Source: a virus
Taxonomy: Duplodnaviria > Caudoviricetes
IMG/VR virus record: IMGVR_UViG_3300048583_000114
Span: 1-58,070 of that record
Length of the DNA stretch: 58,070 bases
Strand: one strand, 5' to 3'
The notes under the pieces were generated by a model. It saw only the letters and a program-made list of their open reading frames with translations. It did no database searches and was not told the DNA's origin. Below are positions 36,336-46,297 of the stretch, in pieces. Made by a program: the position numbers and the translations under genes. Position 1 is the stretch's first letter. Each line of letters begins with the position of its first letter.

Positions 36336-39300
36336 TATTGCTGCTTCTCCTTGATCTTCTCGTGAAGTCGATCGTACTGCTCGGCGATGAACTGCTGCAG
36401 CTCCGCCGGGTCAGGGTTGCCGCGAGCGTACTGGTCACGCACATGCTTGCTGATCGCCGCCCGGGTGTCCGATAGCATCCCACGAATCGCCGATGACTGG
36501 AACGCCTGTGCTTCAGCCAGCGGCTGTTCGCTCAGCCGGAACCCGAGGAGCGCTGCCAGCGCAATTGCCTTCGACGGCTCGTTGCCGAGGATGGTCATTT
36601 TCTCGTCGATGAGCGTATCCATCGCCTTGCCGAAGTCGGCCGAGCCGGGCACCACGAAGAAGTTGGGCATCATCGACTTCCACATGTGGTGGATGCTGGC
36701 GTTGACCTTCTCGGTGGCGCTGTCGGTCGGCCCGTGGATGTCCTTGCTGCGGAAGAAGTCCCGTCCGAACATCGACTCGACCACGTTGACCACCGGGCCG
36801 GATGGCATGAACGCCTGCATGAACGGCACGCCCATCAGCCCAGTCTGGCTGGGGTCGAGGATGCCGCCCAGCGGGATGAACGGCCGCACGTCCATGTAGA
36901 CCGGGTTGTCCCCGAACGGCATGCGGATCACCTTCGGCGCGTTGATTAGGCCCGGCAGCAGCGGGCCTTTCTGGTCGTCGCGCAACAGCTTCGCTTCGCG
37001 CTCCCGGTCCTCATCATCGAGGCCGAGGAGTGCGTATGATAGCGCGTGCGTTGCGTACAGCGCAGTGGTCAGCGTGGCGAGCTTCCACGGTCGGGTGAGC
37101 GCGATCTGCGCGAACGCCGGGATCATCCGGTACGGCCACGACACGAACGGCAGCACGGTCGCACGGGCGACGTTCACCCACGGCGCGCGGATGTCGTAGT
37201 TGAGGAACGCATCGCGAGCAAACTCCGAGGCCCGGACCCGGTCCCCGTCGTAGCGCACGAGCGCATCCATGTAGGCGGCCAGCCGGAACACGTCGTCCTC
37301 GGCTGCGTACAGCGCGCTGGCGATGTCATCGGCCTGCCCAGCCTTGGTCCGCGCCCACTGCACACCGGGCGACTGCGTGATGCCGTTGATGAGAAGCGAC
37401 GCCGAACCCAGCGCGCCGGCTTGGTTGGGCGCCTTGGCGAAGGCTTTCTTGGCGTCGTCGAGCAGCTGGGTCAGCTCGTCGCGGCGCAGCTCGTTGACCG
37501 AGTACGACCCGAGGTCGGCACCGCTGGTCTGGAACTCGCGCAGGATCGCCGCATGCTCCGGCTTCTTCGGGTCCAGCATAACCTGCAGCGCCTCGATGAC
37601 CCGCTCGGCCGGCACGTCGTTCAGGAACGCCAGCGAGATGTTCGATACGCTGTTGGCGATGTGCGTCTTCGGCGACCACTTGGTCTTGACCGCCTTCCAC
37701 CACTGCGTCATCGGGGTGACGAACGGGATCACCGGCTGGCGGGTGTAGTAGGGGCGCAGGTCGTACCAAACGGTCGCCGGCACGTACATGCCGGACAGCG
37801 CACCGTACTTCTTGGCCACTGTTCCCGGCAGCGTCGTCTCCGGCACCTTCACCCACTGGCGTGTGTTCACGGCAACGAAGAACGACTTGGTGTCGTCCAG
37901 CTCCTTCGCCGAGATGAGCGTAGCCTGCCCGGACTGCTGCAGCGCCTCGAACTCGTCGGCGGTGATCGCGACGCCGTCTTTCATGTTGCTGCCGTAGGCA
38001 AGAAACGAGAACATTTCCGCCCGGGCGACTTCCTTCGACATCAGCTCCAGCGTGATCGCCATGTTGTAGAGCGGGTCTTCGATCTCGCCCAGCGCCTTGC
38101 GCTCGTCCGTCGTCAGGTCAGCGCGCAGCAGCACCCGCTCCGGGGTGGCATGCTGCAGGTCGATGTGCCACTCGCGGCTGGTGTCGGCAACGTAGTCCTG
38201 CGGGATCGGCGTGCCCTTCTTGATGAACCGCTGCTGCGACTTCTCGCGCTCGGGGCGGACGTTGGCCGGCAGCACCCGGATGTACACGTCCCCGTCCTGC
38301 ATCGGACCGTAGGCGGCGACCAGATCGTCGCGCGAGACGAAGTGCCGCAGCCCGCGCATCTTGGCGATGTCGAGCTTGTTGCCCCGGCCGGAGTACACCC
38401 CACCGGTCGCCTCGAACTCCTCCAGCTTGCTCAGGTAGCTGCGGTGCAGGTAGGCAAACTCGTTCTTCGCGAACGTCTGCTTGTCGAGCAGGTTCAGGTT
38501 GACCATGGCCGCGCCCAGATCGCGGATGGCGGACCGGGCGTTAGTGAGCACTTCCTTCTCGCGGGCGCTGAAGCCGGTGTTGGGGTCGGCCATCATGGCG
38601 TCCCATGCCGCGGGCGACTGCAGCGCGGTCTGCACGATCACCTTCTGCGGCGGAGTCATCGCCGACAACTCGTGGAGCACGTCGTACACCAGCCGGGATG
38701 CAGGCTGGCTCACGCGCATCTGTACGTCGATTTCCTTGCGAATCTGGTCTTCCGGCACACCATACCGGTCGATGAGGCCGACACCGACCACGTCGATCCA
38801 GTCCTGCACGATGGGCGGGGCCTTGGTGTAGGCAGCACGCATCAGCGCGCCGGTCTTCGACGACAGCAGGGCGGCCAGCTTGGGCCAGCCGATGAACTCG
38901 AAGCCTGCCTTGTAGATGCTGTCGATCGCACGCAGAACCGACAGGCCCACCGACAGGCTGGTGTACTTGCGCTCCCGGGTACGGATCGGGCTCATCGCCG
39001 TGGTCCGGTCGCGGAAGTCGGCGCCGACTGCGCGCGCCATGGGGGAGGTCATGACCTTGCCGCGGATGCGCGGGGTGGTCGAGTCGTACGGGGCGAGCAG
39101 GGGGCTGGCCGGCGGCCCGGGGGCGGCGCCAGCGGCGTAGTTCGGCTTCATCGCGGTGAACCCGATGTCCGAGTCGAACACGTCCGCCCGCGGACGGTCA
39201 TTTGCCCCTTCGTACTGCCCCGGATCGGTCGTGCCGCCCTTCTTCGTGTTGCGCGGCGGCGCTGGCGCCATCGTTTCGACGGCTTCGAGGATGGCAGCAG

Positions 39301-42300
39301 ACGTGACCAGAATCTCCTTGGCCAGCGTGTCGTTCGGGATGCCCATGATGCGCGCCCACGACTGCACGAACACGTCCCACAGGTTCTTGGCCATTTTCAC
39401 GAGGCTGAGCTTCTTGCTCAGCTCGGGCGTGACCTTCATCTCCTTGAGTACGCGCTGCAGCGCCGGGTCGGTCATCGAGTAGGCGAGCATCTCCTTGACC
39501 TTGCCCAGCTGATCGAGCTTGCCAGCCAACAGCGCCTCGATGCCGCTCATCGACTGGCCGGAGGCTTGGTTGGTCAGCCCGAGGCGATCTGCGTGGCCGC
39601 GCGCTTCTGCCGCGCGAGCGGCGAAGTCGTTGGCCAGCGCAAGCATGCGGTTGAACAGCGGGCTGCCCACGTTGTCCGCCGCCCACACCGCGGTGGCTGC
39701 GTGCACACCTTCGTGCAGCGCGTAGCTCCAGTACGCCCCGTTCGAGGAGATAGTGATCGTCGGGTCTTGCTTGCCCGGCACACCCGGCACGAACGCAGCG
39801 ACGGCGCTGGGGGGCAGCGTGCCATCCTCCAGCTTCACCTTCGGGTTGAAGTTGATCCGCAACAGCGCGTTGGCGAGCGTTGCCTCGATCGGTGACAGGT
39901 CGCGCATGGCCAGATACCGCAGCAGCGCGCGGTAGCCGGTGTACTTGGTCGGCTTGCCGAACTCCCCGAACTTCCCATCGAGGATGTCCTGCAGCTTGTC
40001 CATGGCCACGTTGCCTGCTTCGACCTTGCCCCGGATCACATCGGTGAACACCGGCTGCAGCGCGCGGGTGCCATCGGCGTTGAGCGAGCCCATGCGGTAC
40101 TGGTGCCACAGCGCAGCGAAGCGGGTCACCGCCGGCGAGTCGCTGGCCGGCGTCGCCGCCTTGGCCACGCCCAGCAGGTAGTTGATGTCCGCCTCGCCGT
40201 GCTCCTCGACCAGCGCCGAGAAGTAGCTGTTCGCCTGCATCGTGAGAGCGCGTATCGCTTCGACTTGCTGCGCAGTCGACTCGCTGGCCTTGGCAGCAAC
40301 CTTGGTGAACGGAGAGGTGTCGCCCAGCTTGTCCGTGGCCGAGCGCGGTCCCAGCTTCTGCGCGAGGCTGCTTATCAACTTGCCGAGCTTCTCGGCGATG
40401 CCGTTAAACTCGGCGCCGCCAACGACTTCCAGCGCGTACTCGGTGTCCGCATCCAGATCGAGGCCCGGGCCATCCGCCTTGGTGATCTCGCCGGTTTCTT
40501 CGTCGACCTCGTCGTCCAGCAGCATCTTGGCGACGGACTTCGTGGCGGGCTTCTTGCCTTTGCCACCGGCGGCGTAGTTCGGCGCATCGACGCGCCCGAC
40601 CAGATTACCGGCCAGCACATCGGGGTCGACTTCCACCCGCTTCAGCGCGTCGGCCACCGCGGCGCGGTAGGCCATCGGCACCGCCTTGCGCATCGCCTTC
40701 TGGAACTCCGGCGTCAGGTCGTAGTCGGTCAATGCGCCGATCGCCCGCGCAGCAGCCCGTGCCACGGCGTTGCGTTGCCGGCCCGGGGGGACGTTGCCCA
40801 CGGCGGCGAACATGGCCGCCAGCCGCTCGGGCAGGGTCTTGATGTCGCCGGCAGGCGTGTCGGCTTTCTCGTCGTACACCTTGGTGACTGCAGCGCGCAG
40901 CTCTTTCGGCGGCAGCGCCTTGGCCGTCATCGGCGTGGGCGCCGGGGCCAGCAGGTCGCTGGCCAGTGCCTTGCCCTGCTCCTTGGCTTCGGCCTTGGTC
41001 ACCTTGTCGGTGGTGCGCTCGCCAGCGGGCTTCTCGGCCGGGGCCGAGGGCTTCGGTGCCTTCTGCTCGGCCGTGGCCTTCTCTGCAGCTGCGACTTCTC
41101 CACGGATGCGCTCGGCAACCGCTGCCGCTTCGAGCTGCGCGGCGCGCTCCTTCTTCGACATCGCCTTGGCCGGCTTGGCGGCGGGCTTCTCTGCAGCCGG
41201 TTTCTTGGCCTTCGCCGCGACCTTCTCCTTGACGGGCGCTGGTTGCGCAACCGGCGCAGTCTTGGCAGCGGCCGGCTTCTTCGCTTTCGTTGCGATGTGT
41301 TCACGCAGTTTGGTGGCCGCAGCGGTCATCTTGCCGGCGAACTCGTCAGCTACCTGCGCCAGCCCCGTCGAAACAGGCGGCGGGGTTACAGGGCTTGTAA
41401 CCTCCGTCGGGGCCGCGGCGAGTTCTTCCTGCAGCTGCGCTTGCAGGTCTTCCTCGGTCTCCGGCGCAGCACGCTTGGCCTTAACACGAGTATTTGCAGC
41501 GACCGCCTTGGTTTTCGCCGCAGTCGTTGGTTGCGCAACCGGCGCGGTAGCAGCGAGTGCAGCCTTCGCCCGCTTGGCCTTGCCGCGGACCTTGGCACCA
41601 GTGCCCAGAGCGGGCGCAGCCGGAGCGGTAGTCGTGGTCGGACCTTCTCCTGCAGGAGCCGCAGGCTGCGCAGCCGGAGGCTCGGTCGGGGGTGTGCCCT
41701 GCCGACCCTTGGCCAGACGCTTGGCCGTGGCGGTCTTGTCCGCAGCGGAGAATGCGCCCTCTACCGGCAGCTCTCGACCTTCGACGATGCCGGCCTGATC
41801 GAACAGCGAGCCGGGAGACTCCGGGCCGACCATGTCGCTTGGCGGGTTGCTCAGCAGCGCGCCCGGACCCATCGGGATGGCCTGCGCCGGCGCCATCGGC
41901 TCGGTCATCGGCGTGCCGAACAGGTCACCCTGCGTCGGCTGCAGGCCGAACAGCTCCATCTGGCGCGGGTCGATCTCGGGCATGCGCGACACCGTCGGCG
42001 GCACGACCTCACCGGGAACCTGCGGACCTTGGAACTGCGGATCGTCGGGGAACAGCTGACCGTTGGGCGCCGGCGGCCGGGGCGGGTTGTAGAACCTCGG
42101 GTCGACCTGCGGGGTCTCGGGCGGGCGCGGGCGGCCAGCAGCACCAGCAACACCACCAGCGAGGGCACCGGGCAGCGCCCCGAACACGGCGGCGGTGGCG
42201 AAGTTCTCCTTCGACTGGTCGTTCCAGAACGTCTGCTCCGGGTTGACCGCCATGCGGCCGACCTGTTCCAGCATCGTCTGTCCCAGCTCACCGGCAGACT

Positions 42301-43783
42301 CGCCGGCAGCGGTGATTCCAGCCTGCGCAGCGCCGCCGCGGGCACGTGATAGCAGGTTGGTCGCCATGCTAGCACCGGGCTGCACGACCCCACCCTTGAG
42401 CGCACCGGTAAGCGCCTTGGGCACGAGCCCGCCGACGCCGACCATGTTGGCCGCAGCGTAGGGCACGGCGAGCGCCGCCGCGCTCAGCATGTCGGTCGAT
42501 CCTGCCTCATCCAGCTGGCCGCTGAGCACCGCGCCGATCGCGGACGGATACCCTGCTGCACCGCCTGCGGCGCTGGCGATGACCATGCCCACGCGCTTCT
42601 CGGCCTGCTCCCGCGCCATGTACGCGGGCAGTCCCTTCGTGCGGATCAGGTTGTCTTCGACTGCGGTAACGGCACGCAGCACCGCCGGCGCGCGCCGGGC
42701 GGCCATGGTAGCCAGTCCTGCACCGGTGAGAATCTCGGCCATGTACGGCGCCGACTGCACCAGCAGGTTGAGCGCTGCCTCGGGTGCGTTGGTCAGGGTC
42801 AGGTCGGCCAGCCGCTGCGGCGAGGTGTTGCGAGCGCTCAGCTCCTGTCGGTACAGGTCACCCTGCGCCGCGCTGTCGGCCAACGACGATGCGAGCGAGT
42901 CAGCACCCACCGCGCGGGCAGCACCGGAACCCAGTGAGCGCCAGCCGTCGGTATACCCGGACATGCCAGCCGCAAACGACTTGCCCAGATTCGAGCTGGG
43001 GACGGTCGCCTCGACCTCCTTCTCGAACTGATCGGGGTACATCGGCGTAAACCCCGCCGGGATCGGCGCACCGGCAGGCTGGGTATGCCACCCCTCGCGC
43101 GCCGCGCGCAGCAGCAGGCCCGAGTCCTTCGCCGGGTCGATGATCTGCCCGTTGATGAAGTAGCGCCCCTTGGCGTCCTTGCCGACGGGCGTGGGTGCCT
43201 GCTGCGGACGGCCGGCACGATCGGTTGCGGGGGGCGGGGCGCCGAAAGCGGTCATGTACTGCAGCACTGCCGGGACATACGCACGGGTTTCGGAGTGCAG
43301 CGCGCGCTTCTTGGCCAGAACCTTGTCGAGGTTGCCTTCGCCGGTGTTGTACGCGGCGATGGCCTTGGTCATGTCCCCGCCGTACCGCTCAGCCAGTTTG
43401 ACCAGATACCGCGCGGCACCGTCGATCGACGATGCCGGATCGAGCGGGTCGACGCCGTACTGCTTGGCCGTGGCCGGCATGAACTGCATCAGCCCGGTAG
43501 CACCGGCGGAGCTTTTCCGCTTGCCCGACACGACGTTCGGGTCACCGCCGGATTCCTGCGCAGCGATGGCAGCGAGCAGGTTGCGCGGCAGGCCGTACTT
43601 GTCCTCGGTCTCGGCGAACAGCTGGGCGAACGGCTGCAAACCGCGTGGCAGCGCACCACCCACCGGCGCCGGAGGAGCAGCCGGCGCTGGAGCAGGCGCA
43701 CCCGGCATGGAGAATCCGGGGATGGCCGCCTGCGGCTCGGGCTGCGCCGGGCCGGTGGTGAACGACCGGGTGAGTCCTACCAT
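36335..43783 (-). CDS. Giant internal virion/ejection protein: N-terminal lytic transglycosylase, central HExxH module
   Basis: QESGG, GATGLMQFMP, AAYNTG (SLT); ALHEGVHAAT; long helical C-terminus; 2482 aa. Confidence 0.85.
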   Translation of the reverse strand: MVGLTRSFTTGPAQPEPQAAIPGFSMPGAPAPAPAAPPAPVGGALPRGLQPFAQLFAETEDKYGLPRNLLAAIAAQESGGDPNVVSGKRKSSAGATGLMQFMPATAKQYGVDPLDPASSIDGAARYLVKLAERYGGDMTKAIAAYNTGEGNLDKVLAKKRALHSETRAYVPAVLQYMTAFGAPPPATDRAGRPQQAPTPVGKDAKGRYFINGQIIDPAKDSGLLLRAAREGWHTQPAGAPIPAGFTPMYPDQFEKEVEATVPSSNLGKSFAAGMSGYTDGWRSLGSGAARAVGADSLASSLADSAAQGDLYRQELSARNTSPQRLADLTLTNAPEAALNLLVQSAPYMAEILTGAGLATMAARRAPAVLRAVTAVEDNLIRTKGLPAYMAREQAEKRVGMVIASAAGGAAGYPSAIGAVLSGQLDEAGSTDMLSAAALAVPYAAANMVGVGGLVPKALTGALKGGVVQPGASMATNLLSRARGGAAQAGITAAGESAGELGQTMLEQVGRMAVNPEQTFWNDQSKENFATAAVFGALPGALAGGVAGAAGRPRPPETPQVDPRFYNPPRPPAPNGQLFPDDPQFQGPQVPGEVVPPTVSRMPEIDPRQMELFGLQPTQGDLFGTPMTEPMAPAQAIPMGPGALLSNPPSDMVGPESPGSLFDQAGIVEGRELPVEGAFSAADKTATAKRLAKGRQGTPPTEPPAAQPAAPAGEGPTTTTAPAAPALGTGAKVRGKAKRAKAALAATAPVAQPTTAAKTKAVAANTRVKAKRAAPETEEDLQAQLQEELAAAPTEVTSPVTPPPVSTGLAQVADEFAGKMTAAATKLREHIATKAKKPAAAKTAPVAQPAPVKEKVAAKAKKPAAEKPAAKPAKAMSKKERAAQLEAAAVAERIRGEVAAAEKATAEQKAPKPSAPAEKPAGERTTDKVTKAEAKEQGKALASDLLAPAPTPMTAKALPPKELRAAVTKVYDEKADTPAGDIKTLPERLAAMFAAVGNVPPGRQRNAVARAAARAIGALTDYDLTPEFQKAMRKAVPMAYRAAVADALKRVEVDPDVLAGNLVGRVDAPNYAAGGKGKKPATKSVAKMLLDDEVDEETGEITKADGPGLDLDADTEYALEVVGGAEFNGIAEKLGKLISSLAQKLGPRSATDKLGDTSPFTKVAAKASESTAQQVEAIRALTMQANSYFSALVEEHGEADINYLLGVAKAATPASDSPAVTRFAALWHQYRMGSLNADGTRALQPVFTDVIRGKVEAGNVAMDKLQDILDGKFGEFGKPTKYTGYRALLRYLAMRDLSPIEATLANALLRINFNPKVKLEDGTLPPSAVAAFVPGVPGKQDPTITISSNGAYWSYALHEGVHAATAVWAADNVGSPLFNRMLALANDFAARAAEARGHADRLGLTNQASGQSMSGIEALLAGKLDQLGKVKEMLAYSMTDPALQRVLKEMKVTPELSKKLSLVKMAKNLWDVFVQSWARIMGIPNDTLAKEILVTSAAILEAVETMAPAPPRNTKKGGTTDPGQYEGANDRPRADVFDSDIGFTAMKPNYAAGAAPGPPASPLLAPYDSTTPRIRGKVMTSPMARAVGADFRDRTTAMSPIRTRERKYTSLSVGLSVLRAIDSIYKAGFEFIGWPKLAALLSSKTGALMRAAYTKAPPIVQDWIDVVGVGLIDRYGVPEDQIRKEIDVQMRVSQPASRLVYDVLHELSAMTPPQKVIVQTALQSPAAWDAMMADPNTGFSAREKEVLTNARSAIRDLGAAMVNLNLLDKQTFAKNEFAYLHRSYLSKLEEFEATGGVYSGRGNKLDIAKMRGLRHFVSRDDLVAAYGPMQDGDVYIRVLPANVRPEREKSQQRFIKKGTPIPQDYVADTSREWHIDLQHATPERVLLRADLTTDERKALGEIEDPLYNMAITLELMSKEVARAEMFSFLAYGSNMKDGVAITADEFEALQQSGQATLISAKELDDTKSFFVAVNTRQWVKVPETTLPGTVAKKYGALSGMYVPATVWYDLRPYYTRQPVIPFVTPMTQWWKAVKTKWSPKTHIANSVSNISLAFLNDVPAERVIEALQVMLDPKKPEHAAILREFQTSGADLGSYSVNELRRDELTQLLDDAKKAFAKAPNQAGALGSASLLINGITQSPGVQWARTKAGQADDIASALYAAEDDVFRLAAYMDALVRYDGDRVRASEFARDAFLNYDIRAPWVNVARATVLPFVSWPYRMIPAFAQIALTRPWKLATLTTALYATHALSYALLGLDDEDREREAKLLRDDQKGPLLPGLINAPKVIRMPFGDNPVYMDVRPFIPLGGILDPSQTGLMGVPFMQAFMPSGPVVNVVESMFGRDFFRSKDIHGPTDSATEKVNASIHHMWKSMMPNFFVVPGSADFGKAMDTLIDEKMTILGNEPSKAIALAALLGFRLSEQPLAEAQAFQSSAIRGMLSDTRAAISKHVRDQYARGNPDPAELQQFIAEQYDRLHEKIKEKQQ

Positions 43784-44877
43784 GAGGTCGGGTCCGAGAA
43801 GAAGAACGGCGAACGGCCCGCCGCCGAGCCGGGCGGCGCGGCAGGTGCCGCGGGAGCGGCGGGGGCAGCTCCGGGCTGGAGACCTTGCGGCGGCGCCGGT
43901 ACCGGTGTCCTGACGCCGGTGTTGCGATCCATGCGCTCGATGCCGCGCGGGGAGGACAGCACGGCGGCACCACCCATCGGGTCCATGGTCACAGTCGGTG
44001 CACGGGTTTCCGCTTCGAGCAGGATGCGCTGCTCCTGCTGCGTCAGCTCGTACCCGGCTTTCAGCTTGTCACGGAGCAGGTTCACCTGCGCCTCGAACTG
44101 CTTGGCAGCGAGCGCGTTGCGCCCCTCGGCGGTCTTGGATGCGCGAATGGTCATCAGCTGCGCGAAGATGGCAGGGTTGGCCAGCGCCGACAGGTCTTCG
44201 ACCATCGCCTCCATGGTGCCGTCGACTTCCTTGCCATCGTCGTACCGGAACTTCAGGGTGTTGTTCGGACCGCGAGCGAACGCGACGATCTGCCGGCCGG
44301 TTGGCGCGGCGTGGTTGTACACGTCGATCGCTGCCTTGATGTCACCCGCCACGAGCCGCCGGATGCCTTCCTGCGCCAGCTCGCCGTTGCGGCGCATGGT
44401 CATGTCGAAGTAGGCAGCGCGATGCTTCTGCGCGTCCTCGTTCAGCCCCAGTGCCGCCGCGGCGCGCTCGGAAAACTGCTCGATGCGGATGGCGTCATCG
44501 AACATCGACCGCGGGCGCTGGCTCTGGTAGTCCTCGAACGCCAGCCCGGGAGCGGGCTTCGTTGCTGGCGCCGTTGGCGCGGGCTTGGCTGCTCCGCTGG
44601 CCGGCGCAGGCGCTGGCTTACCCGCCGGGTGCGTGACCTCGATGACCGTCGGCGAAGACGGCGCGACCGCAGCTGCGCTCGGCGGCATGGGCGGGCCGGC
44701 CGGATTCACTGCGTCGGTCATGATGCGACGCGGCGCTGCACGGTGCGGTTGCAGCATCGCCGGGCTGCCGGCGGCGGCCAGTTCTTCCTCATACGACCGG
44801 GCGAACGTAGGGTCGCCGGCCGGCGCGCGCATGTTGTGCGGGTTGACCCGCGCGAAGTCGATCGCGGAAGCCATCAC
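43777..44877 (-). CDS. Putative internal virion (ejection) protein
   Basis: Ala/Pro-rich, positioned in the ejection gene block. Confidence 0.6.
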   Translation of the reverse strand: MMASAIDFARVNPHNMRAPAGDPTFARSYEEELAAAGSPAMLQPHRAAPRRIMTDAVNPAGPPMPPSAAAVAPSSPTVIEVTHPAGKPAPAPASGAAKPAPTAPATKPAPGLAFEDYQSQRPRSMFDDAIRIEQFSERAAAALGLNEDAQKHRAAYFDMTMRRNGELAQEGIRRLVAGDIKAAIDVYNHAAPTGRQIVAFARGPNNTLKFRYDDGKEVDGTMEAMVEDLSALANPAIFAQLMTIRASKTAEGRNALAAKQFEAQVNLLRDKLKAGYELTQQEQRILLEAETRAPTVTMDPMGGAAVLSSPRGIERMDRNTGVRTPVPAPPQGLQPGAAPAAPAAPAAPPGSAAGRSPFFFSDPTSW

Positions 44878-45536
44878 TTACCCCCTTCCGGCTGCATGTA
44901 CTTCTCCTTGAGCCGGTCGAAGAACTCCGTGCCCTTGGCGCGCACGACCGCCGCCGGGACGACGTATTCCCCATCGCTCAGCGCAGCGGGACGCTGGCCG
45001 TCGATCATCGCCGGGATGCTGTCGCTGGTGCCGGTCCCCGGGCCTTCCACCGGCCCGCCCTGATTGAACGGCACCGGCTTGGCCATGGGCATCGGCAGCG
45101 CCTGCATCGGAAAGGTCTGCGCACCCTGCGGCGCGGGCGCCGGCGGCGGGGCCATTTCCTCAGCATCGGGTTGCTGCATGTCTTCGTACAGCCGGAGCCA
45201 GATCGACGGGAACTGCTCCCCGCCTACCATCGCATCGTCGTAGATGCCGTCGAACGCCGACTCCCCGGGCGGCGGCATGGCCGGCGCCGCAGGCTTGGCA
45301 CCCGGTGCGGCCGGAGCGGGCATGGCAGCCGGCGCAGCGCCGCCGGTGGCAGGCTGGTACAGGCCGCGAGCGAACTCCTCCTGAGCGCGGCGAAGCGTGC
45401 GCCGGCGCATCATCATCTCGTCCATCTCATTCAGCTGCGAAGTCTCTGCCCGGTCGCGCCGGTCCCGGGCATCCAGATCGCGGATGGCCGAGTTGGCAAT
45501 ACCCATCGACTGCAAGAAGCTCATGATGCCCCCCAT
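44874..45536 (-). CDS. Putative internal virion protein
   Basis: GGPVEGPGTGTSDSIPA...LSDGEYVV, a motif common in phage virion proteins. Confidence 0.65.
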   Translation of the reverse strand: MGGIMSFLQSMGIANSAIRDLDARDRRDRAETSQLNEMDEMMMRRRTLRRAQEEFARGLYQPATGGAAPAAMPAPAAPGAKPAAPAMPPPGESAFDGIYDDAMVGGEQFPSIWLRLYEDMQQPDAEEMAPPPAPAPQGAQTFPMQALPMPMAKPVPFNQGGPVEGPGTGTSDSIPAMIDGQRPAALSDGEYVVPAAVVRAKGTEFFDRLKEKYMQPEGGK

Positions 45537-46297
45537 CCGTAGCGGCTCATCTGCTGGCGCAGCCGCCGCATCATCTCCTCCTCGAACTGCGACGTGCGCT
45601 CATCCCGATCGTACGCATCGACCGACAGCCACGGCTGTCGGAACGCCTGCGCCGTGTCGGCCACTTCCTGCCGATACTGCCGATCGGTCTCACGGCCTGC
45701 AAGCGTCAGGCCACCCGCCGCCGAGCCGTAGATGCTGGCCGGAACACCATAGTTGGGCGCCATGTTGAGCGGCGCCAGCGCGCGAGTCGTGGCAGCGTCA
45801 CCCTGCTCCTGCCGGGACCGCAGCGCGGCGTTGAGTGTGGTCAGGTACGACGGCACGGCGCTGGCCCCCAGCGCGCCCATCGCGGCCCCGTAGGCGCCGG
45901 AGGTGGGGTCCACACCCATGCTCCCCAGCTGCCGCTGCACCGCGCCGGTCTGCGCTGCCTGATTGGCGGCAAAGTCTGCCGTCACCTGATCCATCACCTG
46001 CGACAGGTCGGCACCGGTGCCAATGGTGCGCGCCCGGTTCAGGTTGTCGATCGCGCCGGGCAGGTAGTAGCTGTTGAACGCATTGGCCTGCTGGTCGGCG
46101 AACGCCGCCTGCCGGCCGGCAAGGTTTGCCGTCTGCTGGTACAGCGGGATGGCCGCCTCCGCCGCGCGGGTGGCCTGCGGCTTCTTGACGATCAGGGACG
46201 TGAACAGCGACGGGATGGCGTCCTTGGCCACCCGCCCCAGCGGGCCGGCGAAGGCCCGGCTGGCACCATCGAGGAAGCTCGAACCGAAGTCGCTCAC
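45521..46297 (-). CDS. Putative DNA pilot/ejection protein
   Basis: Ala/Gln-rich helical, MGVDPTSG motif. Confidence 0.6.
   Translation of the reverse strand: MSDFGSSFLDGASRAFAGPLGRVAKDAIPSLFTSLIVKKPQATRAAEAAIPLYQQTANLAGRQAAFADQQANAFNSYYLPGAIDNLNRARTIGTGADLSQVMDQVTADFAANQAAQTGAVQRQLGSMGVDPTSGAYGAAMGALGASAVPSYLTTLNAALRSRQEQGDAATTRALAPLNMAPNYGVPASIYGSAAGGLTLAGRETDRQYRQEVADTAQAFRQPWLSVDAYDRDERTSQFEEEMMRRLRQQMSRYGWGAS

Noticed and set aside
37046-42349. Long plus-strand ORFs (949 aa, 748 aa) and similar antisense ORFs elsewhere
   Set aside because: Shadow frames of high-GC genes on the opposite strand; Arg/Gly/His-rich with no motifs or RBS.
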